Shown one piece after another: positions 27,162-35,454 of a DNA stretch of 39,653 nucleotides. Source of the stretch: Terracidiphilus sp. (GTDB taxonomy: Bacteria > Acidobacteriota > Terriglobia > Terriglobales > Acidobacteriaceae). The notes beneath the pieces were generated by a model. That model did not search any database. It worked only from the letters and a program-made list of their open reading frames with translations, and was not told where the DNA came from. The position numbers were made by a program, and so were the translations under genes. Position 1 is the first letter of the stretch. Each line of letters begins with the position of its first letter. The stretch covers positions 1 to 39,653 of the forward strand of contig JBEKZG010000001.1 of NCBI GenBank assembly GCA_049510095.1, written 5' to 3'.

Positions 27162-28577
27162 CTACAATACCATGCTGCGCGGCTTGGCTTGTTGCGCCTG
27201 GTTACTGGCGGGCCTGCCCACGCTCACATAGGTAAATCCGTGATCGAGCATGTGCTGGGGAGTGAAGAGATTGCGTCCGTCGATCACAATCGGGAAGCGA
27301 ACGGCCTGGTTGAGCCGGACGAGGTCGACGGCGGCAAACTCTTTCCAATCGGTGAGAATCAGGACGGCGTCGGCATCCTTTGCGGCTTCATACATGTCGG
27401 ACGCGTAACTCATTTTCTGGGAAGGCGGGAGTACGGCCTTGGCGCGCTCCATGGCTGCCGGGTCGTAGGCGGTGATGGAGGCGCCTGCGTCGAGGAGCCT
27501 GCGGATGATGTCGAGGGCGGGAGAATCGCGAATATCGTCGGTATTGCCCTTGAAGGCGAGGCCGAAGGCGGCGAGGCGCTTGCCACGGAGGGTCCAGAGC
27601 ACGGAGAGCACTTTCCTGTAGAAGATGTCTTTCTGGGTCTCGTTGATTTTGCGGACTTCCTGAAGCAATTGGAAGTCGACGCCATGCTGCTGCGCGACCC
27701 AATGAAAAGCGGCGACATCCTTGGGGAAGCAGGAACCACCGTAGCCCAGGCCGGCGCGCAGGAATTTGGGGCCGATGCGGCTGTCGAGTCCCATGCCCTC
27801 GGCAATGTCTTCAATGTCGGCGTTCACGGTTTCGGCGAGGTTGGCGACGGCGTTGATGAAGGAGATTTTGAGAGCCAGGAAGGCGTTGGAGGCGTGCTTG
27901 ATGATTTCAGAGCTTTGCGCCGATGTGACCAGGAGTTTAGCCGGATTTTGCGCATTGCACGATCCCGGCAAGGCATCGGGCCGGGAGTAATAGCTGCCGG
28001 AGGTGAGCGGCTCGTAGATGCGGCGAAGCACCTCGGCGGCACGGTCATTGCCTGCGCCCACGACAATCCGGTCGGGATGGAGAAAGTCCGAGATGGCGGT
28101 GCCTTCACGGAGGAACTCGGGGTTGGAGACGACGTCGAAGTTGTGGGCATCGACACCGTGGCGAAGGAGGACACGGCTGATCTGCTCATTGGTATAGACC
28201 GGGACGGTGCTTTTTTCGACGATGACCTTGTAATTGTTGATGGAGCGTGCGATTTGGGAGACGACGGCTTCGACATAGGAAAGGTCGGCAGCGCCGGTAT
28301 CGCCCTGGGGAGTACCGACGGCGATGAAGACGGCCTCGGATTGCTCGACGGCAGCACCCAGATCGGATGAGAACTCGATGGAGTGGCCGCGATGGCGAGT
28401 CAGCATCTCGGGCAGGTGGTCTTCATAGATAGGGACGCCACCCTGGCGAAGGAGCTTGACCTTGGCCTCGTCGTTGTCGACGCAGAGGATGCGGTGACCC
28501 ATTTCGGCAAAGCACACGGCGGCAACGAGTCCCACGTATCCAGACCCAATCACACAGATGGAAACTGGTTTTGACAT
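27162..28577 (-). CDS. ugd: UDP-glucose 6-dehydrogenase, 471 aa
   Basis: GSGYVGL, IAVGTP, EKSTVP, SNPEFLREG, K.ASNAFLA.KISFIN, GYGGSCFPKD (catalytic Cys) and GLAFK..TDD.R.SP motifs. Confidence 0.95.
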   Translation of the reverse strand: MSKPVSICVIGSGYVGLVAAVCFAEMGHRILCVDNDEAKVKLLRQGGVPIYEDHLPEMLTRHRGHSIEFSSDLGAAVEQSEAVFIAVGTPQGDTGAADLSYVEAVVSQIARSINNYKVIVEKSTVPVYTNEQISRVLLRHGVDAHNFDVVSNPEFLREGTAISDFLHPDRIVVGAGNDRAAEVLRRIYEPLTSGSYYSRPDALPGSCNAQNPAKLLVTSAQSSEIIKHASNAFLALKISFINAVANLAETVNADIEDIAEGMGLDSRIGPKFLRAGLGYGGSCFPKDVAAFHWVAQQHGVDFQLLQEVRKINETQKDIFYRKVLSVLWTLRGKRLAAFGLAFKGNTDDIRDSPALDIIRRLLDAGASITAYDPAAMERAKAVLPPSQKMSYASDMYEAAKDADAVLILTDWKEFAAVDLVRLNQAVRFPIVIDGRNLFTPQHMLDHGFTYVSVGRPASNQAQQAKPRSMVL

Positions 28578-28826
28578 GCGATCCTTTTTGTCTCCCTGAT
28601 TTCCATGTCTAGGGTATCCGGTATGCGTGGCGCTGGGCAAACAGCAGGGGGAAAGTGGTGGAGAGCGCGCAGTGAACAGCGATTGAGTGAAGAAGTGAAC
28701 AAGTGAAGAAGTGAACAAGAGCCGTGGACCGTGGGCCCTGGACACGAGCAGTGGTGATCGATTTGGGGGAGTTTTCATTCTGGTAGAGTTAGATTGCTGA
28801 ATCGCGAGAGAATAGGGACAAAGGCT

Positions 28827-29855
28827 ATGGGATTGTCTGGGGATTCTGGAAGTTCTGAACTGGCTCCTTTCCGGATCGAGCCCAGATTTGTGGGCCGGGT
28901 GTGGGGCTTTGACGATCTTCGTCCCTGGTATGACAAGACTGCACAAGGGGAGCCCCTGGGGGAAGTCTGGCTGACCGGAGACGAGTGCCTGGTGGCGAGC
29001 GGTGCGCATGCCGGGCAGACACTGGGCGGCTTGTTTGCCCAGGAAGCTGACAGGCTGCTGGGCCCGGATGTTCCGAGCGATGGATCGGGCTCACCGCTGC
29101 TGATCAAGGTGATTTTTGCCAGGGAAAAACTCAGCGTGCAGGTGCACCCTGACGATAAACTGGCACAGAAGTACGGAGAGCCCCGCGGTAAAACGGAATG
29201 CTGGTATGCTCTGGCGGCGGAGCCCGGGGCCAAGGTGGCTTGCGGGCTGAAGCCGGGCGTGACACTGGAACAGATCGAGGAAGAGATTCGTACGGGTACG
29301 CTGGAGCAGAGCCTGAATATTCTGGATGTTGCCCGGCACGAGATGATTTTTGTGGATGCTGGGACGGTGCACGCCATCTGGCCGGGATCGATTTTGCTGG
29401 AGACGCAGCAGAACTGCGACCTGACGTATCGGATGTACGACTACGGACGAGGGCGCGAACTGCACATCGAGAAGTCGCTTGAGGCGACACGGCTTGCGAC
29501 CCGCGCAGGGGTGATCGCGCCCAGGGAGATGGCGGACCGTACGGTTCTGGTGGATGAAGAGTACTTCCGCGTGGAGCGGATTCCGGTGGTTGGGAGCCGG
29601 GGAAGCGAAAGCATTGCTGGGGCAGAAAGGCCGCAGCAGGGGCTGGCTTACCTTTTTGCCGCTGCGGGGGCGGCCAGGATCGCCGGGCCGGGATTTGAGG
29701 AGGTGGATCTGGCTGCGGGCGGGATTGTGGCTGTGCCGGCCAAATCGCCTGCGTTCGTCGTGGAGGATATGGGAGGGCTGGACCTGATCGGGATTACACC
29801 GAACTGGCCTGGGCCACCTGCGGTGGGGCAGACGCTCGCTGGAGGCTCGCACTGA
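28827..29855 (+). CDS. manA: Type I mannose-6-phosphate isomerase, about 342 aa
   Basis: RVWG, GEVW, PLLIK, LSVQVHPDD, GKTECWY, AGTVHAI, ETQQN.D.TYR.YDYGR and RELH motifs. Confidence 0.92.
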   Translation: MGLSGDSGSSELAPFRIEPRFVGRVWGFDDLRPWYDKTAQGEPLGEVWLTGDECLVASGAHAGQTLGGLFAQEADRLLGPDVPSDGSGSPLLIKVIFAREKLSVQVHPDDKLAQKYGEPRGKTECWYALAAEPGAKVACGLKPGVTLEQIEEEIRTGTLEQSLNILDVARHEMIFVDAGTVHAIWPGSILLETQQNCDLTYRMYDYGRGRELHIEKSLEATRLATRAGVIAPREMADRTVLVDEEYFRVERIPVVGSRGSESIAGAERPQQGLAYLFAAAGAARIAGPGFEEVDLAAGGIVAVPAKSPAFVVEDMGGLDLIGITPNWPGPPAVGQTLAGGSH

Positions 29856-29944
29856 CTTCATTGAGGATGCATCCGAACGGGATTGAGCTTGTTGCTTTTC
29901 CCGGTCCCTCCGCCGCGGCGGACGAGGGACAAGGGGCACCCGGC
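29814..29944. repeat. Intergenic repeat family A, copy 2 (overlaps the manA 3' end)
   Basis: CCACCTGCGGTGGGGCAGACGCTCGCTGGAGGCTCGCAC...CCGAACGGGATTGAGCTTGTTGCT...GTCCCTCCGCCGCGGCGGACGAGGGAC.AGGGGCACCCGGC. Confidence 0.9.
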
Positions 29945-30349
29945 TTGGGACGAACTGGCCAGGGAAGTCCCGAGGGTGATTTGCGGAATGGCCCGGCAAA
30001 TGAGGCTAATCGGGGATCTTCTGTCTGGGGTCGAACCGAATTGAGACCATCCGGCTGCTATGTTGAGGGATAATTCCGTGGTTTTCCTACTCCATAAGTC
30101 ACACCCAATGTGAAACTAAGGTTAAGCATTTCCGGACATGGGGGTTCCACAATCCTTGTCAAATATGAAATAGTGTGTCCACGCGGTTGAACGGGAAGCT
30201 GGCCCCACTGAAGTATGTGTCTCATTGCAGTTTTGACCTTGGTTTTCCCGCCGCCGGCACTCTTCTGTTTATTAGAGTGGTTTAATTGAGTGCATACACT
30301 TCAACGATTCGAGATCGAACACTCCAACATTCGAGGAAAAGTACGATAG

Positions 30350-31342
30350 ATGCCTATTCGTGGTTCACACGTTCTGGTATGCGGGGCAGGCGGGTTTCTC
30401 GGCGGACATCTGGTAAACAAACTGTTTACCGAGGGTGCGGCCACCGTCCGCGCAGTGGATGCGAAGCCATTCGCCGAATGGCACCAGAAGAACCCGTTTG
30501 CCGATAATCAGGTGCTTGACCTGCAACTGCGCGAGTGCTGCCAGGAAGCTGCGGAGGGGATGGATGGGGTCTTCCAGCTTGCGGCGGATATGGGCGGGAT
30601 GGGCTTTATTGAAAACAACAAAGCCCTGTGCATGTTGAGCGTGTTGATCAATACGCACATGCTGATTGCCGCGCGCGACGCGGGAGTGAAGCGATATTTC
30701 TACTCATCTTCAGCCTGTGTTTACAACGCGGAGAAGCAGAAATTCCCGGAAGTGATTGCGCTGAAGGAAGAAGACGCCTACCCGGCGATGCCGGAAGACG
30801 GTTATGGCTGGGAGAAGCTTTTCAGCGAGCGAATGTGCCGCCATTTCAGTGAAGATTTTGGCCTGGAAATGCGAATTGCGCGCTTTCATAATGTGTATGG
30901 TCCGATGGGCACCTGGACCGGGGGACGCGAAAAGGCGCCTGCCGCGATCAGCCGGAAGGTGCTGGAGGCAAAGCTCTCCGGACAGCGCGAGATTGAGATC
31001 TGGGGCGACGGACGCCAGACGCGCAGTTTCATGTTCATCGACGACTGTACCAAGGGCGTTGTGGACATCTTCGAGAACGAGATTGTAGACCCTATCAACC
31101 TGGGTTCCAACGAGTTGGTGACCATCAACCAACTGGTGGATATCGCTGAAGAGATTGCGGGAGTAAAGCTGAAGCGCAGGTACAACCTGTCGGCCCCGAG
31201 GGGCGTGAACGGTCGCAACAGCGACAACACGCTGATCAAGCAGTTGCTTGGTTGGGAGCCTTCCATCTCATTGCGGGAAGGAATGGAAAAGACGATGGCC
31301 TGGATTGAAGAACAAGTGCTGGCCGGGGTGGCATCGAAATAG
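30350..31342 (+). CDS. GDP-mannose 3,5-epimerase-like NAD-dependent epimerase, 330 aa
   Basis: GAGGFLG, LAADMGGMGFI, SSACVY, YGWEK, RFHNVYGP.GTW.GGREKAPAA, QTRSF.FIDDC and GV.GRNSDN motifs. Confidence 0.88.
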   Translation: MPIRGSHVLVCGAGGFLGGHLVNKLFTEGAATVRAVDAKPFAEWHQKNPFADNQVLDLQLRECCQEAAEGMDGVFQLAADMGGMGFIENNKALCMLSVLINTHMLIAARDAGVKRYFYSSSACVYNAEKQKFPEVIALKEEDAYPAMPEDGYGWEKLFSERMCRHFSEDFGLEMRIARFHNVYGPMGTWTGGREKAPAAISRKVLEAKLSGQREIEIWGDGRQTRSFMFIDDCTKGVVDIFENEIVDPINLGSNELVTINQLVDIAEEIAGVKLKRRYNLSAPRGVNGRNSDNTLIKQLLGWEPSISLREGMEKTMAWIEEQVLAGVASK

Positions 31343-31523
31343 GGTCTGGACCGGGACTTCGCCGTTTGCCGGATGTATAGCGGAGTGAGCGCCGATGGGG
31401 CAGCGGGGCGGTCAGGCTGGTGGAATTCATGCGTCTTTCACATACTTTTTTCAAAAGCCTCCATTAATTTGTGACAGAGCCTGTTCCCGAAACCAACCCT
31501 CTTCAGGCAGAATCTAAGGCGAT

Positions 31524-33236
31524 ATGAGCATACGATTCGAACTCCCCGCGGAACTTCGTGACGCCGTGAATCTGGCGGCCGCCGACTGGCAATCCAACAG
31601 CAAGGTTGAACGGTTCTGGAAGAAGGACCCCAGCCTGTGGACGAACGATGGCGAAGAGAAGTGGCAGGGCTGGATCGACATCGTGGAGCGGGAACAGGCA
31701 GACCTGGCGTCGTTCAGTGCCCTGGCCGAGGACGTGAAGAGCGCTGGGTTCAAGACCGTTCTGCTGCTGGGCATGGGCGGCTCGAGCCTGTGCCCCGAGG
31801 TGCTTTCTGTGACCTTTGGACCGCAGCCTGGTTTTCCCGTTCTGCACATTGTGGACTCCACCGATCCGGCGCAGGTGAAGGCGGCACGCGAGAAGGTGGA
31901 CCTGGCCGAGACGCTGGTGGTGGTAGCCAGCAAATCGGGTTCGACGCTGGAACCGAACATCCTGAAGCAGTACTTCTTTGAGGAAATGAAGAAGGCCGTG
32001 GGCGCGAAGGAGGCCGGCAACCGTTTTCTGGCCATCACCGACCCGGGGTCGAAGATGGAGCAGGTGGCGAAGGCCGATGGGTTCCGGCACATTTTTTATG
32101 GCGATCCCGAAATCGGCGGACGCTATTCGGCACTCTCGGATTTTGGGGTGGTGGCGGCCACGGTGGCCGGCCTGAATACCGCGAAGCTGCTGGCTGAGGC
32201 GGCAAAGGGAGTGGCGGCGGCCAAACAGCCGGTGAGCGAGAATTCCGCGGTGGAGTTGGGTCTGCTGTTGGGTACCGCCCACAATGCGGGACGCAACAAG
32301 CTGACGGTTTTCACTTCTCCTGAGATTTACGACCTGGGCGCGTGGCTTGAACAACTGATTGCCGAATCGACCGGCAAGCTGGGCAAGGGTATAACGCCGG
32401 TGGACCGCGAGGCCATTGGCGGGCCGGAAGTATACGGGAACGACCGGGTGTTTGCTTACGTGCGGCTGTCGGGCACCGCAGACTGGGAGTTGGATGGGAA
32501 AGTGGCGGCGCTGGGGGCGGCCGGGCATCCGGTGGTTCATATTGAGATTTCGGACCTTTACGAGATTTTCGGGCAGTTCTTCAGTTGGGAGGTTGCGACG
32601 GCGGTTGCGGGCTCGGTGATGGGCATCAACCCGTTCAACCAGCCGGATGTGGAGTCGGCCAAGATTGAAACGCGGGCGCTGACTTCAGCCTACGAGCAAA
32701 CGGGAAAGCTGGAGGAACACACGCCGGTGCTTGAGGAAGGCGGCATCAAGCTCTACGCCAGCGAAGCCTACGCGGCCACGACGCTCAAGACGCAGGCGGA
32801 GGATGGTACGCTGGCCGGCTTTCTGCGGGTCCATCTGAACCAGATTCAGCCGGGCGACTACTTTGCGATGCTGGCGTTTCTGCCCATGTTCGCCGAGCAT
32901 GAGGACGTGATACAGGGCTTCCGCCACAAGGTGCGCGACACGAAGCGCGTGGCGACCTGCCTGGGCTTCGGGCCGCGGTTTCTGCACTCGACCGGGCAGG
33001 ATTACAAGGGCGGACCGAACACCGGAGTTTTCTTGCAGATCACCGCGGACCATGCTGTCGATTTGGAGATTCCGGGGCAGAAGTACAGCTTTGGGGTGGT
33101 GATCGCGGCCCAGGCCGCGGGAGACCTTGCGGTGCTTCAGGCGCGCGGGCGGCGGGCGGTTCGGGTGCACCTGGGCGCCGATGTGGCGGCGGGCCTGAGG
33201 ACGCTGTCGGCGGCGATCGAGAAGGCGCTGGGGTAA
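31524..33236 (+). CDS. pgi: Glucose-6-phosphate isomerase (type found as the PGI half of transaldolase/PGI fusions), 570 aa
   Basis: LLGMGGSSL, DSTDP, ASKSGSTLE, AITDPGS, IGGRYSALS, EQLIAESTGK, INPFNQPDVESAK and GPRFLHSTGQ..KGGP motifs. Confidence 0.9.
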   Translation: MSIRFELPAELRDAVNLAAADWQSNSKVERFWKKDPSLWTNDGEEKWQGWIDIVEREQADLASFSALAEDVKSAGFKTVLLLGMGGSSLCPEVLSVTFGPQPGFPVLHIVDSTDPAQVKAAREKVDLAETLVVVASKSGSTLEPNILKQYFFEEMKKAVGAKEAGNRFLAITDPGSKMEQVAKADGFRHIFYGDPEIGGRYSALSDFGVVAATVAGLNTAKLLAEAAKGVAAAKQPVSENSAVELGLLLGTAHNAGRNKLTVFTSPEIYDLGAWLEQLIAESTGKLGKGITPVDREAIGGPEVYGNDRVFAYVRLSGTADWELDGKVAALGAAGHPVVHIEISDLYEIFGQFFSWEVATAVAGSVMGINPFNQPDVESAKIETRALTSAYEQTGKLEEHTPVLEEGGIKLYASEAYAATTLKTQAEDGTLAGFLRVHLNQIQPGDYFAMLAFLPMFAEHEDVIQGFRHKVRDTKRVATCLGFGPRFLHSTGQDYKGGPNTGVFLQITADHAVDLEIPGQKYSFGVVIAAQAAGDLAVLQARGRRAVRVHLGADVAAGLRTLSAAIEKALG

Positions 33237-33359
33237 CCACCTGCGGTGGGGCGGGCGCTCGCGGGAGGCTCGCACAGGGTTTATTGCCGAGGCACCCGAA
33301 CGGGATCGAGCTTGTTGCTCTCCCTGGTCCCCAAGTGCGAGGGACCAGGGGCACCCGGC
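33237..33359. repeat. Intergenic repeat family A, copy 3
   Basis: Begins immediately after the pgi stop: CCACCTGCGGTGGGGCGGGCGCTCGCGGGAGGCTCGCAC...CCCTGGTCCCCAAGTGCGAGGGACCAGGGGCACCCGGC. Confidence 0.9.
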
Positions 33360-33447
33360 ATTCATGCCGGCAAAGGACAGGCCGCAGGGGATAAATGGGT
33401 GGGTTAAAACCACCCCTACCTGCCCAACGTTTATTTTGTGCGACTTA

Positions 33448-33470
33448 CGGCACGACTGAAGTCGAGCCCT
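33448..33470. repeat. REP-like family B hairpin
   Basis: CGGCACGACTGAAGTCGAGCCCT vs CGGCACGACTAAAGTCGTGCCCT at 38744. Confidence 0.75.
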
Positions 33471-33509
33471 GACGCTTCTTGACCCTTCCGATGAGTTTCC
33501 CGCAAGCCT

Positions 33510-33627
33510 CCTGCGGTGGGGCCAAACGCTCGCGGGAGGCTCGCACCGGGGTTTGTGCCGACGGGTGCGAGCGAGATTGAGCTTTTTGCCCTCCCTGGTC
33601 CCCAAGTGCGAGGGACCAGGGGCACCC
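33510..33627. repeat. Intergenic repeat family A, copy 4, flanked by 25/26-bp direct repeats
   Basis: CCTGCGGTGGGGCCAAACGCTCGCGGGAGGCTCGCAC...CCCTGGTCCCCAAGTGCGAGGGACCAGGGGCACCC; flanks CTTCCGATGAGTTTCCCGCAAGCCT (33485-33509) and CTTCCGATGAGTTTTTCCGCAAGCCT (33632-33657). Confidence 0.88.
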
Positions 33628-33860
33628 AGTTCTTCCGATGAGTTTTTCCGCAAGCCTGCGTGGCCACTCTGATTCGCCGACGTTTGCGCGGAACTTTTTC
33701 TGTGCGACCGGGTTCACAGAGATGACTGCTTCCGGCGAACCTCGTCTAACTGTTTGAGTTGGCAGTTCGAGACGGAAGCACGAATTCAAGTATCTTTTCA
33801 ATCGGCGCAGCATCAAAACAGCCGGTTGGAGGACGTTTCAGGCAGAGGAGACCTACAACA

Positions 33861-35192
33861 ATGGATCGGCCATTCTTCAAGAAACATTTCCCGCAGGCAC
33901 GAGCGTGGTTTGGCCTGGTTGGGCTTCTTGTCGTGACCGGCGCGCTCGCGCTGGGCCAGGACGCGGCACCCGGCCAACGCACGGACGGACAGATTGAAAT
34001 GGACGTGGTGCATGCCCTGGACGGATCCAAGGCGCTGAAGAACGACCTGATCACGGCCGCAACGATTCAGGGCGAGGTTACGCTGTCCGGCACGGTTTCA
34101 TCGGCTGCTTCCAGCGAACTGGCGGAGTCGATTGCCGGGCATGTGACGGGCGTGACCAAGGTGAATAACAACCTGAAGATCGGCAATCCGCAGGATGCGG
34201 CGGCGGACCCGAATGCGCAGATGGCAGAGAACCAGCAGGACGACGCACAGGCGCCGCCTCCGCCTCCGCCGCCAGCTGCTTCGGAGGAGCCGATGCCGGC
34301 TCCGGATCAGGGACAGGCTCAGCCTCCGTACCAGCCTCCGGCGCAGGCCCCGTATCCTTATCCCGCTCCGCCCCCGCGGCCTCAGTATGCGCCAGCTCCG
34401 CCTCCGGCGCAGGCCCCGTATCCTTATCCCGCTCCGCCCCCGCGGCCTCAGTATGCGCCAGCTCCGCCTCCGGCGCAGGCCTATGAAGCGCCCAAGGGAC
34501 CGGTGACGATTCCGCAGGGAACGCTGCTGCAGCTGCGGACCAGCGAGGCGGTGGGCAGCAAGCGCGCCAAGGACGGCGAGCCGGTTCAGTTCACGGTAAT
34601 TCAGGATGTAACGTTCGGCGGCGTGCTGGCTATTCCGCGCGGAGCGACGGTGCATGGCGTTGTGTCTGAAGTGAAGAAGGAGCACGCGGGCGAACTGGGC
34701 GGGAGCTCGGAACTGGTGCTGAAGCTGACGTCGCTGGATTTGGGCGGACAGAGCTATCCGATGGATACGGACGCCTTCAAGGTGAAGGGGCCGAATAAGG
34801 CTGGTCAGACGGTGGGTAACGGGCTCGGCGGCGCGATTGTGGGCGCGATCATTGGCGGCGCACTGGGCCGCGGTGAGGGCGCAGCGATTGGCGCGGGCGC
34901 GGGCGCGGCGGCCGGTGTGGGTGCTTCCGCTGCTTCTTCGGGACCGAACGTGTGGATTCCGGCTGAAGCGCTGGTCACCTTCCACCTGAAGACGCCGTTG
35001 ACGGTGAATCCGGTGAGCGCGCAGGAAGCTGCACGGCTGGCGCAGGGACTTTATCCCGGCGGGCCGAATCTTTACCGGCGCGGCTATTACCCCTATGGTT
35101 CGCCCTATGTGGCAGGGTATCCGTACTATGGGTATCCGCCGGTCTACTATCGTCCGTACTATGTGGTGGGCGGGGCGTATTACTGGCGGTAA
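33861..35192 (+). CDS. Secreted BON-domain protein with Pro-rich linker, beta-rich domain, Gly zipper and Tyr-rich tail, 443 aa
   Basis: GAGGAG RBS; signal peptide; D.QI...V..AL...G.VTLSG.V......AE.IA..V.GV..V.NNL BON pattern; VTIPQGT.L.LR and GAIVGAIIGG segments. Confidence 0.88.
   Translation: MDRPFFKKHFPQARAWFGLVGLLVVTGALALGQDAAPGQRTDGQIEMDVVHALDGSKALKNDLITAATIQGEVTLSGTVSSAASSELAESIAGHVTGVTKVNNNLKIGNPQDAAADPNAQMAENQQDDAQAPPPPPPPAASEEPMPAPDQGQAQPPYQPPAQAPYPYPAPPPRPQYAPAPPPAQAPYPYPAPPPRPQYAPAPPPAQAYEAPKGPVTIPQGTLLQLRTSEAVGSKRAKDGEPVQFTVIQDVTFGGVLAIPRGATVHGVVSEVKKEHAGELGGSSELVLKLTSLDLGGQSYPMDTDAFKVKGPNKAGQTVGNGLGGAIVGAIIGGALGRGEGAAIGAGAGAAAGVGASAASSGPNVWIPAEALVTFHLKTPLTVNPVSAQEAARLAQGLYPGGPNLYRRGYYPYGSPYVAGYPYYGYPPVYYRPYYVVGGAYYWR
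34335..34481 (+). repeat. Perfect 66-bp in-frame tandem duplication (PPAQAPYPYPAPPPRPQYAPAP x2.2)
   Basis: 34335-34400 is identical to 34401-34466, plus a 15-bp partial third copy. Confidence 0.93.
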
Positions 35193-35232
35193 CGAAAAAC
35201 AGGGACTAGGGACTTAGGGACTAGAAAAGCGG

Positions 35233-35269
35233 CGGGCATCCCGGAAGATTGGGATGCCCGTTTTGTTTT
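35233..35269 (+). terminator. Rho-independent terminator after the BON gene
   Basis: CGGGCATCCC-N8-GGGATGCCCG followed by TTTTGTTTT. Confidence 0.85.
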
Positions 35270-35454
35270 GACGTTATGTGGACGCGGCCGGGTGTGGCTG
35301 GGGTCGTCTATAATGGCATTGAATCGCGCCCGTTGGATAGCCGCGCGAGAATTGCGCATCCGCGGTGGATGCCCGTCCCCCCAGGCATAGCAAGTTCTGG
35401 CCCGGCGGAGCCCACAGCGACCGCGCGTAGAGAGCAGAAGGTTCAAGTCCATCC

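Noticed and set aside
27051-28370. 439-aa plus-strand ORF
   Set aside because: Lies antisense to ugd; no recognisable domain.
28578-29009. N-terminal extensions in the ORF track for ugd (also pyrH, uxs, M13 peptidase, POTRA protein and the 3236 gene)
   Set aside because: Extensions overlap neighbouring genes or repeats and precede the family-typical N-termini; downstream starts were chosen.
35309-35314. Perfect TATAAT upstream of ppiD
   Set aside because: No acceptable -35 at 16-18 bp and no extended -10 TG, so it is insufficient to call a promoter.
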